The position numbers and the translations under genes are program-made. The notes under the pieces were generated by a model. It saw only the letters and a program-made list of their open reading frames with translations, was not told the DNA's origin and did not search any database. Of a stretch of DNA of 64,000 nt, positions 40,117 through 52,178 are shown in pieces (the first letter of the stretch is position 1; the number at the start of each line of letters is the position of its first letter). This DNA is from an uncultured Chloroflexia bacterium (GTDB taxonomy: Bacteria > Chloroflexota > Anaerolineae > CG2-30-64-16): NCBI GenBank assembly GCA_963810095.1, contig CAWEMM010000012.1, positions 192,001 through 256,000 on the forward strand. The letters run 5' to 3'.

Positions 40117-42099
40117 TTGCAAACAACCAACACCATGTCGCGCCCCGCGGGACGGGGTCGTGGCGGGGGCGGCGGTCGCACCGGGCGGCCCGATATGAAG
40201 CAATTGAGCCGAGCGATCCGCTATCTGGGCCACTACCGCAAGATCACGCTGCTGGCCTACGCCGCGCTCGTCATCTCGACCCTGGCCCAGCTCGCGGTGC
40301 CCCAACTCGTCCAACGCATCCTCGACACGATCACCAACGGCCTGGTCGCCGAGCGGGTGAACCAGGCGCCGGCAGCCTTCCAGGCGCCTATCCTCAGCGC
40401 GCTCGGCTGGACTCAGGAGATGCTCACACAGTACGGGTCCGGTGCGGTCACGCTGCTGGTCAGCGCGGGGTTGCTCATCGTGCTCTTCGCCGTCACCCGC
40501 GCCTTTTTCGCTTTCGGCCAGGGCTACATGGGCGAGCGGGCATCGCAGAGCGTCGCGTTTGACATGCGCAACGACCTGTTCGCCAAGATCCACCGCCTGT
40601 CGTTTTCCTATCACGACCAGAACCAGACCGGCCAGCTGATGATCCGGGCGACGGACGACGTGGAAAAGGTGCGCCAGTTCATCGGGCAAGGCCTGCTGTT
40701 GGCCGTGCAGGCGTTCCTGCTGCTCACCGGTGCGCTGCTGATCCTCCTGCTCACCAACCCGAAGCTGATGCTCGTCATCCTGCCGGTGCTGCCGCTCGCG
40801 CTGCTCATCTTCATGGCGTTCGGCGCGCTCACCGTGCCGCTTTTCGGCGCACTCCAGCGGAAGCTTTCGACCCTTAACACCATCCTGCAGGAAAACCTGG
40901 CGGGTATCAGGGTAGTCAAGGCCTTCGCCCGGGAGCCCCAGCAGCAGAAGAAGTTTGCCGCTTCCGCCGACGACCTCATGTGGCAGCAGATCAGGGTGGC
41001 GCGTACGTTCTCGTTCATCTTCCCCCTGATCTTCCTGCTGGCCAACGCCGGCCAGGCGGCCATCCTCTACTTCGGCGGCCAGCAGATCATCAACGGCACG
41101 CTCACGTTCGGCGAGTGGCAGAAGTTCAGCCTCTACCTGGTCTACGTGTTCTTCCCGCTCGGCCAGCTCGGCCTGATCATCTCGCAGATGTCTCAAGCAT
41201 CGGCCTCGGCGAACCGCATCTTCGAGATCGTCGACGCCAAGAGCGAGGTCGAGGACAAGCCGGGCGCCCTGACCCTGCCTGCGGTACAGGGCAAGGTGAC
41301 ATTTGACCAGGTCACCTTCCGCTACTTCGGCAGCACGGAACCGGTGCTGAGCGATGTGACGTTCGAGGCCCAACCGGGGCAGACGGTGGCCCTGCTGGGC
41401 GCGACGGGCAGCGGCAAGTCGACCATCATCAACCTGATCCCCCGCTTCTACGACGTAAGCGGCGGGAAGATCACCATCGACGGGTTCGACCTGCGCGACG
41501 TCACCATCGAGTCGCTGCGCAGCCAGATCGGCATCGTGCTGCAGGAAACCACGCTCTTCTCGGGCACCATCCGTGATAACATCGCATTCGGAAAGACCAA
41601 CGCCAGCCAGGAAGAGATCGAAGCGGCTGCCCGGGCCGCAGCCGCACACGACTTCATCACCTCGTTCCCCCTGGGCTACGACACGCCGGTGGGCGAGCGC
41701 GGCACGACCCTGAGCGGCGGCCAGAAGCAGCGGGTGGCCATCGCCCGGGCCCTGCTGCTCAGCCCACGCATCCTGATCCTGGATGACTCGACCTCGGCGG
41801 TCGACTCGGTAACCGAGCACGAAATCCAGCAGGCGCTGGACAAGCTCATGCGGCCCGTCGACGGACCGCCCCGTACATCGTTCGTCATCGCGCAGCGCAT
41901 CAGCACGGTCCGGCGGGCCGACCAGATCCTCGTGCTCGACAAGGGCCGGATTGCCGCCCACGGGACACACGAGGAGCTGATCGAGGACAGCCCGCTCTAT
42001 GCAGAGATTTTCGCTTCACAGCTGGTGGACGACGCCGGGGCGACCGCTGCCGCGGCTGCCGCAGCAGCCGCAGTAGACGCCGGAAAGGAGATCGCCTAA
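40117..42099 (+). CDS. Heterodimeric ABC exporter subunit (TMD+NBD, degenerate Walker B/H-loop)
   Basis: GATGSGKST, LSGGQKQR, ILDDSTS (E->D), IAQR (H->Q). Confidence 0.92.
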   Translation: MQTTNTMSRPAGRGRGGGGGRTGRPDMKQLSRAIRYLGHYRKITLLAYAALVISTLAQLAVPQLVQRILDTITNGLVAERVNQAPAAFQAPILSALGWTQEMLTQYGSGAVTLLVSAGLLIVLFAVTRAFFAFGQGYMGERASQSVAFDMRNDLFAKIHRLSFSYHDQNQTGQLMIRATDDVEKVRQFIGQGLLLAVQAFLLLTGALLILLLTNPKLMLVILPVLPLALLIFMAFGALTVPLFGALQRKLSTLNTILQENLAGIRVVKAFAREPQQQKKFAASADDLMWQQIRVARTFSFIFPLIFLLANAGQAAILYFGGQQIINGTLTFGEWQKFSLYLVYVFFPLGQLGLIISQMSQASASANRIFEIVDAKSEVEDKPGALTLPAVQGKVTFDQVTFRYFGSTEPVLSDVTFEAQPGQTVALLGATGSGKSTIINLIPRFYDVSGGKITIDGFDLRDVTIESLRSQIGIVLQETTLFSGTIRDNIAFGKTNASQEEIEAAARAAAAHDFITSFPLGYDTPVGERGTTLSGGQKQRVAIARALLLSPRILILDDSTSAVDSVTEHEIQQALDKLMRPVDGPPRTSFVIAQRISTVRRADQILVLDKGRIAAHGTHEELIEDSPLYAEIFASQLVDDAGATAAAAAAAAAVDAGKEIA

Positions 42100-44141
42100 T
42101 GTTTGGTCTTGACGGCGGTCGCCGTATGTTCGACCGGGAGACCTCTAAGCCCAAGAATGTCAGCGAGACGCTGGGCCGCCTGGTCAAATACTTCAAACCG
42201 TTCTGGCCCGTGCTGTTGCTCACGGCCCTGCTCATCGTGGGCAACACCTGGACGCAGGTCATCACGCCCCAGCTGACCGGCGAGGCAGTCGACTGTTACC
42301 TGACGCCGGCCACCATCGCTAACCCGAACGCGGGCGCGGCGGGCAACGCGGCCCTGCAGAAGCTCATGGGCACGGCCTCCAGCAGCTCGGCGGCCAACTG
42401 CACGTTGAACTACCCGCAGCTGGGCCTCACACCTCTGCCGCCCACCTCGTCCACGAGCGACTACATTGCGGGGCTGGGGCGCCTGGTGCTGGTGCTGCTG
42501 GGCCTCTATGCGATCGGCGCCGTGATGGGCGCGCTGCAGTTCTACGCCATGTCCTGGTCGGGCCAGCACGTGGTCAAACAGATGCGCGAGGACATCTTCG
42601 CCCAGATTCACCGGCTCTCGCTCAACTACTACGCCGAGCACGAGGCCGGGCAAGTGATGAGCCGGGTCACCAACGACATGGAGACGATCAGCCAGGCGTT
42701 CGGCTTTGCGCTGGTCAGCGTCACCAGCGGCATCCTCCTCATCGCCTGGGTCGCCTTCAACATGCTCAAGCTGAGCGTGCCCTACGCGCTGGTCTCGCTG
42801 GCCGTCGTGCCCATCATGTGGCTGATCACCAACTGGTTCTCGGCCCAGGCCCGTAAGGCGTTCCGCCGCTCACGCAAGGAGATCGGCCGGGTGAACGCCG
42901 ACCTGCAGGAGAGCATCTCGGGCGTGCGCGAGGTCCAGGCGTTCGGGCGCGAGAACGAGAACATCGAGGCGTTCCGCACGTCGAATGCGGCCAACCGTGA
43001 CGCCAACGTGCGCGCGGCCGCCTTCACGCAGGCGCTCGCCCCGGTGCTCGAAGCGCTGGGCTACGTCGCCATCGGCATCACGACGGTGGTCGGCGGGGCG
43101 GTCCTGCTGGGCGGGGGCACGCTGGGCGGCACCGTCATGTCGCTGGGCCTGATCGTCACATTCCTGGGCTACGTGCAGCGCTTCAACCAGCCGGTACAGC
43201 AGATCTCCACGCTGTGGACCAACCTGCAGAGCGCCATCGCCGGCGCCGAGCGCATCTTCGGGCTGCTCGACGACCAGGCAGACATCGTCGATAAACCCGG
43301 TGCGCAGATCATGCCGCCCATTCAGGGCAAGGTCGAGTTCGACTGCGTCGGCGCGGCCTACCGGAAGGGTCAGCCCGTCCTGGGGTGCATCAGCTTCGAC
43401 GCCGAGCCGGGCCAAACGGTCGCCATCGTCGGCCCCACCGGCGCGGGCAAGACGACGATCATCAACCTGATCCCCCGCTTCTACGACGTGACGAACGGCC
43501 AGGTCCGCATCGACGGCATCGACGTGCGCGACGTGAGCGCAGCATCCCTGCGGCGCCAGATCGGCATCGTGCTGCAAGACACGTTCCTCTTCAGCGACAC
43601 GGTGATGAACAACATCCGCTTCGGCCGGCCCGAGGCGACGGACGAGGAAGTCGTCGCCGCGGCCAGGCTTGCCCGGGCCGACGAGTTCGTCCAGCGTCTC
43701 GCCGACGGCTACAACACGGTCTTGGGCGAGCGGGGCAGCGGCTTGAGCCTGGGGCAGCGACAGCTGCTGGCCATCGCCCGGGCCGCGCTGGCCGACCCCC
43801 GCATCCTGATCCTGGACGAGGCAACCTCGAGCGTGGACACCCGCACCGAGCGCCAGATCCAGACCGCGCTCGAGGTGCTCATGGCCGGCCGGACGAGCTT
43901 CGTCATCGCCCACCGGCTCAGCACCATCCGCAATGCCGACCAGGTGCTCGTGCTGCAGGGGGGTGAAATCGTGGAACGTGGGCGACACGAGGAGCTCCTT
44001 GCACAGCGTGGCGCCTACTACGATCTCTACATGCGGCAGTTCAAGGGGCAAGAGCTGATGTTATCGTCGACCGCGTCGACGTCACCCGCTGCCGGCAACG
44101 GGCACGGCCGCGTCTCTGCCTCTCAACCGTCCGGCGCATAG
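42099..44141 (+). CDS. Heterodimeric ABC exporter subunit (TMD+NBD)
   Basis: GPTGAGKTT, LSLGQRQ, ILDEATS, IAHRLST. Confidence 0.92.
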   Translation: MFGLDGGRRMFDRETSKPKNVSETLGRLVKYFKPFWPVLLLTALLIVGNTWTQVITPQLTGEAVDCYLTPATIANPNAGAAGNAALQKLMGTASSSSAANCTLNYPQLGLTPLPPTSSTSDYIAGLGRLVLVLLGLYAIGAVMGALQFYAMSWSGQHVVKQMREDIFAQIHRLSLNYYAEHEAGQVMSRVTNDMETISQAFGFALVSVTSGILLIAWVAFNMLKLSVPYALVSLAVVPIMWLITNWFSAQARKAFRRSRKEIGRVNADLQESISGVREVQAFGRENENIEAFRTSNAANRDANVRAAAFTQALAPVLEALGYVAIGITTVVGGAVLLGGGTLGGTVMSLGLIVTFLGYVQRFNQPVQQISTLWTNLQSAIAGAERIFGLLDDQADIVDKPGAQIMPPIQGKVEFDCVGAAYRKGQPVLGCISFDAEPGQTVAIVGPTGAGKTTIINLIPRFYDVTNGQVRIDGIDVRDVSAASLRRQIGIVLQDTFLFSDTVMNNIRFGRPEATDEEVVAAARLARADEFVQRLADGYNTVLGERGSGLSLGQRQLLAIARAALADPRILILDEATSSVDTRTERQIQTALEVLMAGRTSFVIAHRLSTIRNADQVLVLQGGEIVERGRHEELLAQRGAYYDLYMRQFKGQELMLSSTASTSPAAGNGHGRVSASQPSGA

Positions 44142-44154
44142 CCCGTCTCATGCT

Positions 44155-44193
44155 CCTCGGGGCTGCATCGCTTCCGGCGATGCAGCCCCGAGG
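44155..44193. terminator. Strong hairpin after the ABC operon (no U-tract)
   Basis: CCTCGGGGCTGCATCGC/GCGATGCAGCCCCGAGG perfect stem. Confidence 0.5.
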
Positions 44194-44368
44194 CCTGCTT
44201 CCCGCAGTCCTCTCCCGATCCCCTAATTCTCCCTCGGCCTTGCAGTCCACGCCAGTTTCCCCGGCGACGTCAAATCCGGATTCCTATTGATATTGTCAAT
44301 ACAACATCGCTGCTGCATTCATCGTGGTCATTATGCAATTACTATCATAGTACTAGAGACTCTTTCTA

Positions 44369-44397
44369 TTGACGCTCCTCCTTCTTTGTGATATACC
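44369..44397 (+). promoter_or_regulatory. Possible sigma70 promoter for the large surface-protein gene
   Basis: TTGACG, 17 nt, TATACC with TG extension, in an AT-rich intergenic region. Confidence 0.4.
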
Positions 44398-44550
44398 GTG
44401 CAAAGAATGACAGTGGCCACGGGAGTGGTCAGGCGCACTCCCACTCGGTCCTGTCCGGCTCTATCGTATTGAATTCGCGCATTACTTTCCACGGATACCG
44501 GATGCCGTATCGGCCGGCTGCCCCGCCTGGCAGCCCGTTGAGGAGGACTC

Positions 44551-47500
44551 ATGAGACACCACCGCCGGTTCATCGTCTCCACCACCCCCCGCCCGTTCTG
44601 GGCCCTGCTGCTCGTCGTCGTGCTCCTGTTGAGCGGCGCCTCCGTCGCCCTGGCCGTCATGCCGGCCAGCGAGCCACTGGCGCCCAACGCACCCGAAGTG
44701 GTCCCGTTCCTCTGGACGGACAAGGCGGATTACGCCCCCGAAGAGACCGTCCACTTTGGCGGGGCCTACTTCCTGCCGGGCGCCTACGCGGTGCCCGTCC
44801 TGCGCCCCGACGGCTCGATCGTCACGGGCGACGGCACCTTTACTGCGGGTTACGACTCGGTGCTCGTCCCCCAGGGCGCCAACAGTTTCACCTATGACTA
44901 CATTCTCGACGGCGTGATCGGCCGGTACGAGATGCGGGCCTACGCCGAGGGCGTTCCCGTTCCCGCCAACGCCGCCGATTGGGGCGCCGACGCCAACTAT
45001 GTCGCCGCCGTCACCTTCACTGACGCGGCGAGCCTCACCCTCACCAAGAGCGCTTCGCCGGCCACGTACACGGCGGCGGGGCAGACCATCAGCTACGGCT
45101 ACGTGCTTCTCAACAGCGGTACGACGCTGCTGTCCGGGCCATTCACCGTCGCCGACGATAAGGCGCCCGCTGTAACTTGCCCCGCCGAACCGTCGCTGGC
45201 CTGTGGGCGCCTCCCTCACCTGCTCCGCCAGCTACACGACCAGTGCCGCCGACGTGGCGTTCGGCTACGTCGTGAACAAAGCCACCGCGTCCGGAACGGG
45301 CATCACGTCCAACACGGACACGGAGGTCGTCTCGATTCCGCTAGACAAGTGCACCGTCGATGCAGACGGGGCGAACGACGAGCCCGGCCAGAAGGATCTC
45401 ACCAAGTGGTGCCTCTCAACCACCGCCGTGAATCCCGCCGTGCTCAGCTGGAACTGGGACGAAATCGCCTTGGGCGGCAGCAATACCGGCGACGGCTGTG
45501 CGCTGTACGACACCGACAACGACGGCCTCGCCAACTACTCGCTGTGCGTCTCTTGGCAGGGCAACCGGACGCAGCTGGCCGATAGCCCTCGCCTGTACTC
45601 CTGCACTGACCTGCGCAGCGACCGCTGCACGGGCTCCGTGCTCCAGGCCATCACGAACGGCAGCAGCTGTGCGGTCGACCTCGCCGTGGACGATCCGTTC
45701 GCGGCGGGCGCCGACTACCCGAAGGACGCCAAAGCGGTTTGCTCCATCAACCTGGCAGACGTTGGCGGCGCCTCCGAGGCCGCGCTGCTCGATGTGTGCT
45801 CCTATCCGTCCGAGCAGCCCAACTCTGACCCGTCGGACTGTGTGGCCATCACCCAGGACCGGGGTAACGTGGATGTCTTCAAGGACTTTGTCCCCGACAA
45901 TCCCACAGCCACGACCGGTATCACCATCTCCGGCCCGACGCCGCTGAGCGCCACGCTCACGGGCGACGACTCGACGGGGATCAAGGCAGTGAATATCGGC
46001 TCCTACACCATCAGTGAAGCCCCGGCTTCCGGCTGGACCACGGCGACCTACAATTCGACGTGGGCCTGCACGAAGAACGGCGCGGCCGCCTCAAGCGGCT
46101 CGGGCACCAGCCTGACGATCGACGTTGCAAAGGGCGACATCGTCCTCTGCACCTTCACCAACACGCTCAAGACCGGCTCGCTCCAGGTGTTCAAGGACGT
46201 CTCCCCCGACGCCCCGGCGACGAACTGGGACTTCGCCTGGACCGGCCCGACCAACGGCAGTTGCTCCATTGCCGGCGACGGATCGTGCGCGGCGGCCACC
46301 GTCGAGGCCGGTTCCTACAGCCTCGTCGAGACCGCCGGGTCCGCCACCAGCCTGGCCGACTATGACACCACGTGGGCCTGCACGGTCAACGGCCTGTCCG
46401 GCCCGAGCGGCTCTGGCACGACCATCTCGGGCCTGTCCGTGAATGCCAACGACGCCGTGATCTGCACGTTCACGAACACGCACAAGGTCTACGCCGATCT
46501 CACGGTGAGCAAGACGGCCGCGGCCGCGTTCACCCGCACCTACGCGTGGGACATCACCAAGAACGTCGATGCCAGCCGCGCGAACATCGCCGATGGCGCC
46601 TCCGCCACCTTCAACTACACCGTCGGCGTGACCCACACGAGCACCGATTCGGCGTGGGCGGTCAGCGGTAAGATCACCGTCAGCAACCCGAACGCCTTTG
46701 CCATCGCCGGCGTGGACATCACGGATACGATCGACAACGGCGGCAGCTGCGCGGTGACCGGCGGCACGAACGTCACGGTCCCGGCAAACGGTTCGGCGAC
46801 CGTGGACTACACCTGCACCTTTGCGTCGAATCCGGGCGCGGGCACGAACACGGCCACCGCCACCTGGAACAAGGACACGTACTACACGCTCACCGGCAGC
46901 GCCTCGGGCACGAAGGGGTATGACTTCTCGACCGTCACGCCCCAGATCGTCAACGGCTCGGTCACCGTGACCGACTCGCTCGGCGGCACGCTTGGCAGCG
47001 TCAGCTACACCGACCCGAGCCCGACCGAGTTCAAGTACGCCAAATCCTTCAAGGGCGTGGCCGGCACCTGCACCGACTACGATAACACCGCCACGATCAC
47101 CGAGAACGGCAAGACCGCCAAGCAGTCGGTGACCGTCTGCGTCGGCAAGGACCTGGCCGTCGCCAAGACCGCGGCCGGCACCTTCAACCGCGCCTACCTG
47201 TGGTCCATCGCCAAGGCCGTCGACGTGCCGCAGATCAACATCGCCAACGGCGGCACGGCCACCTTCAACTACACCGTCACCGCCACGCAGACCGGCATCA
47301 GCGACAGCGGCTGGACCCTCTCGGGCAAGATCACCATCACCAATCCCAACGACTGGCAGGCGATCACGGTCGACAGTGACCGACGCCGTGAATAACGGCG
47401 GCGTCTGCACCGTCGCCGGCGGCACGGACGTCGTATCCCGCAGGCAAGTCGCTCGACGTCGACCTACACCTGCACCTACGCGCCGCGCCGACGAGCTACT

Positions 47501-50500
47501 GCGGCACCAACACCGCCACCGCCACCTGGGACAAGGCCACCGCCTTCACGCCGAATGGTTCGGCCACCGGCAGAGCGGCCTTCACCCTGACCCAGGCCGG
47601 CAGCACCAACAAGACCGTCACTGTCACCGACTCGCTCGGCGGCACCCTCGGCACCGTCACCGCCACCGACGCAGCGCCCTTCGCCGCCAAGAGCTTCACC
47701 TACAGCTACGGCTTCAAGGGCGAGCCCGGCACCTGCAAGACCTACGATAACACCGCCACGATCACCGAGACCGGCAAGACCGCCTAGCAGTCGGTCAACG
47801 TCTGCGTCGGCAAGGACCTGACGGTGACCAAGACCGCCGCCGGCACCTTCAACCGGGCCTACCTGTGGTCCATCGACAAGGGCGTCGACCTGGCGACCGA
47901 TCAACATCGCCAACGGGGGCACGCGCCACCTTCAAGTACACAGTCACCGCCACGCAGACCGGCATCGCCGACAGCGGCTGGACCCTGGCGGGCAAGATCA
48001 CGGTCACCAACCCCAACGACTGGGAGGCCATCACGGTCGACGTCGACCGACGCCGTGGATAACGGCGGCGTCTGCACCGTCGCCGGCGGCACGGCCGTCA
48101 GCATCCCGCCGGCGAGTCGCCGACCTCGACTACGCCTGCACCTACGCGGCGGCGCCCACGACCTACAGCGGCACGAACACCGCCACCGCCACCTGGGACA
48201 AGGCCACCGCCTTCACGCCGAATGGTTCGGCCACCGGCAGCGCGGCCTTCACCCTGACCCAGGCCGGCAGCACCAACAAGACCGTCCACGTCACCGACAC
48301 CTTCGCCGGCGACTTGGGCACGGTTACCGCCACCGATGCGGCGCCTTACGCCAACGCCACCTTCACCTACACCGCACCGAGAGCGGCACGGCGGCACCTG
48401 CACCGACTACGCCAACACGGCCGCCCTCACCGAGACGGGGCAAACTGCTTCCAAGACGGTCACCCTCTGCGTCGGCCTCGACCTGACCGTGACCAAGACC
48501 GCGGCCGGCACGTTCGACCGCACCTACTTCTGGAAGATCGACAAGTCGGTCGACGACACGCAGGATCAAGATCGCCCAAGGCGGCACGGCCACCTTCAAC
48601 TACACGGTCAAGCTCGACGCCCGACGGCTACACCGATTCCGGCTGGACGCTCGCAGGCAAGATCACCGTCACGAACCCGAACGACTGGCAGGCCATCAGC
48701 GCCGACGCTGGCCGACAGCTACGATGGCGGCGGCGTCTGCACCGTCGCGGGCGGGACCAAAGTCTCGATCCCCGCGGGCAAGTCCGTGACGCTCGACTAC
48801 TCCTGCGTCTTCGGCACGAAGCCGCTCTACACCGGCATCAACACCGCCACGGCCACCTGGGACAAGGCCGCCGCGTTCACCCCCAACGGCTCCGCCTCGG
48901 GCAAGGCGGACGTAATGCTGGCGCTTGACCAGGAGACCAACCGCACCGTCACCGTCACCGACGACAAGACCACCGGCACGCCCGTCACCCTCGGCACCGC
49001 CGACTGGCTGGCCGGCGAAGAAGACCTTCACCTATGCCCTCGCCAAGCAGGGCGTCGCCGGCACCTGCACCGACTACACCAACACCGCCGCCATCACCGA
49101 AACCGCGCAGTCCGACAAGCAACTCGTCACCGTCTGCGTCGGCAAGGACCTGGTCGTCGCCAAGACCGCGGCCGGCACCTTCGACCGCACCTACTTCTGG
49201 GCCATCGACAAGAGCGTGGACGACACGAGGATCGAGATCGCCCAGGGCGGCACGGCCACCTTCAACTACACGATCAAGCTCACGCCCGGCGGCTACACCG
49301 ACTCGGGCTGGACCCTGGCCGGCAAGATCACCGTCACGAACCCGAACGACTGGCAGGCCATCACCGCTGACGTGGCCGACAGCTACGACGGCGGCGGCGT
49401 CTGCACGGTCGCCGGCGGTACGGCCGTCAGCATCCCCGCGGGCCAGTCCGTGACGCTCGACTACTCCTGCGTCTTCGGCACGAAGCCGCTCTACACGGGC
49501 GTCAACACCGCCACCGCCACCTGGGACAAGGCCGCCGCGTTCACGCCAAGCGGCTCCGCGTCGGGCAAGGCGGACGTCACCCTGACGCTCGACCAGGAAA
49601 CCAACCGCACCGTCACCGTGCTCGACGACAAGACCACCGGCACGCCGGTCACGCTTGGCACCAGCGACTACTACGCCGGGCCGTTCACCTTCACCTACGC
49701 CCTCGCCAAGCAGGGCGTCGCCGGCACCTGCACCGACTACACCAACACGGCCAGCCTGAAGGAGCTGCCCGCCATCACAGACAGCCAGAAGGTCACCGTC
49801 TGCGTCGGCAAGGACCTGGCGGTGACGAAGACCGCGGCCGGCACCTTCAACCGCGCCTACCTGTGGTCCATCGCCAAGGCCGTCGACGTGCCGCAGATCA
49901 ACATCGCCAACGGCGGCACGGCCACCTTCAACTACACCGTCACCGCCACGCAGACCGGCATCGCCGATTCCGGCTGGACCCTGGCGGGCAAGATCACGGT
50001 CACCAACCCCAACGACTGGGAGGCGATCACGGTCGACGTGACCGACGCCGTGAATAACGGCGGCGTCTGCACCGTCGCCGGCGGCACGGCCGTCAGCATC
50101 CCCGCCGGCGGCGCCAAGACCTTCGACTACACCTGCACCTACGCGGCGGCGCCCACCGCCTACAGCGGCGCCAACACCGCCACGGCCACTTGGGACAAGG
50201 CCGCGGCCTTCACGCCGGATGGTTCGGCCACCGGCAGCGCGGCCTTCACCCTGACCCAGGCCGGCAGCACCAACAAGACCGTCACTGTCACCGACTCGCT
50301 CGGCGGCACCCTTGGCACCGTCACCGCCACCGACGCAGCGCCCTTCGCCGCCAAGAGCTTCACCTACAGCTACGGCTTCAAGGGCGAGCCCGGCACCTGC
50401 AAGACCTACGACAACACCGCCACCCTCACCGAGACCGGGCAGACCGCCTCCAAGACCGTCAAGGTCTGCGTCGGCAAGGATCTGACGGTGACGAAGACGG

Positions 50501-52078
50501 CGGTCGCCAGCTACGACCGGCTCTACAAGTGGAAGATCGCCAAGAGCGTGGACAAGACCTCCGCCACGGTCGCGCCCGGTGAGAACGCCGCGTTCAACTA
50601 CACGGTCACGGTCACGCCCGACGGCTTCACCGACAGCGGCTGGAAGCTGAGCGGCAAGATCACGGTGACCAACCCCAACGACTGGGAGGCGATCACTGCC
50701 AACGTGACCGACGCCACGAACGTGGGCGGCGGCGCAGTCTGCACCGTCACCGGCGGCGCTAACGTCTCGATCCCGGCCGGCAAGTCCGTCACCCTCGACT
50801 ACAGCTGCACCTTCACGGGCCAGCCCGCCTACACGGGCACGAACACCGCGACGGTGACGTGGAACAAGGCGACCTACTTCACTCCCGGCGAGACCACGAC
50901 CGGCACGGCGGCTGTGAGCTTCACGGTCGCGAACGAGACCAACAAGACGATCACGGTGGTCGACAACAAGACCGGCGCGACCGACGTGACCCTGGGCACG
51001 GCGAGCTGGCCGGACGGCGTCAAGAGCTTCACCTACACGCTCACGAAGAGCAAGGCATCGGGCACCGGCGCCTGCACGTCGTACACCAACATCGCCAAGA
51101 TCAAGGAGACCGGCCAGACCGCAACGCAGACCGTCCAGGTCTGTGTCATCGCCATCGACCTGGTCAAGCAGATCGGCACCTCGGCCGCCGGCCCGTGGTA
51201 CGACTCCATCAGCCAGATCATGTCCGGCATGAACGTCTGGTACAAGTTCACCGTCACCAACACCGGCGACGTGACCCTGACCAACGTCACCGTCACCGAC
51301 CCGATGTTTGGCGGGCAGGTGTGCGTGGTAGCCAGCCTCGCGCCGGGCGCCAACACCACCTGCAGCAAGGGCCCGGTCCAGGCGGCCTATAACAACAACA
51401 GCCAGGTGTGCAACACGGCCACGGCCAGCGGCAGCTGCGAACGGCAAGACCGCCACCGACACGGACACGGCCTGCTACGTGACCAAGTACTGGGCCTTTA
51501 CGCCGGGCTTCTGGAAGAACCACACGCCCGACGCAAAGAACGGCAACGACGCGTGGCAGTACACCGACTACCTGACCACCAACAAGCTGGGCGAGCCCAA
51601 GGTCTTCCAGGGCGGCTGCCTGAGCGACTATCCGAAGGGCAGCAGCAAGCCCTTCGCCCAGATGACCCTGCTCCAGGCGCTCAGCTTCAAGGGCGGCTCG
51701 ACGGCATCGGGGGCCAAGGAAACGCTGCTGCGGGCCGCAACCGGCGCGCTGCTCAACGCCTCCTTCCTCCAGAAGACGGCCTGCAAGAATGACGCCGGCC
51801 AGTTCATCTGTACGCTCGATCCCGACAAGGGCATCGTCGGGCCGAACGGCGAGATCTACTACCCGCTGACCGTCGCCATGGTCCAGCAGCAGACGAAGAC
51901 GGCCACGTGCGGCACGGCCGACGAGATGCTGGCGCTTGCCAACAAGCTCGACCTCTACAACAATGGCAATCACTACATCAACTGGGCCGACCCGAACCAG
52001 CCGCCCCCCGTCGGCGGCCAGATGGCCCTGAACCTGATGCAGACTCTGGAGCCGATCGACCTGCCGCAGGCGCGCTGA
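44551..52078 (+). CDS. Very large secreted repeat surface protein/adhesin (~2500 aa; many frameshifts and one in-frame TAG)
   Basis: RBS GAGGAGG, signal peptide, DUF11/SpaA-like beta-sandwich domains, seven ~666-bp repeats, C-terminal TPGFWKNH domain; pieces 44551, 45203, 48925, 51479. Confidence 0.75.
46496..51147 (+). repeat. Seven tandem ~666-bp (~222 aa) intragenic repeats
   Basis: Units start (DL.V.KT) at ~46496, 47150, 47815, 48480, 49147, 49813 and 50479. Confidence 0.9.
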
Positions 52079-52087
52079 TCCTCCCGT

Positions 52088-52162
52088 GTGGCAGGGTGGG
52101 AGCGTGCTCCCGCCCTGCCACCCCCTGGCGGGCGATGGGGGCAGCCCCGTCGCCCGTCTTTT
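52088..52162 (+). terminator. Two tandem hairpins, the second with a U-tract
   Basis: GTGGCAGGGTGGGAGC/GCTCCCGCCCTGCCAC and GGCGGGCGATGGGG/CCCCGTCGCCCGTC-TTTT. Confidence 0.6.
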
Positions 52163-52178
52163 ATCGGAGTGCATCCCC

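Noticed and set aside
40117-44141. Degenerate ABC motifs as a novelty
   Set aside because: One degenerate site is the standard feature of heterodimeric exporters such as TmrAB and TM287/288.
47785-47787. In-frame TAG as pyrrolysine or readthrough recoding
   Set aside because: The sister repeat has AAG at this position; it lies in an error-rich region and no pyl genes are seen.
46496-51147. Near-identical repeats as DGR template/variable repeats
   Set aside because: No reverse transcriptase in the window; differences are not adenine-specific; the units are tandem protein domains.
1024-51468. Long antisense or alternative-frame ORFs (e.g. 1024-2928, 39964-41970, 48985-51468)
   Set aside because: Shadow ORFs of well-supported genes, caused by high GC; no motifs.
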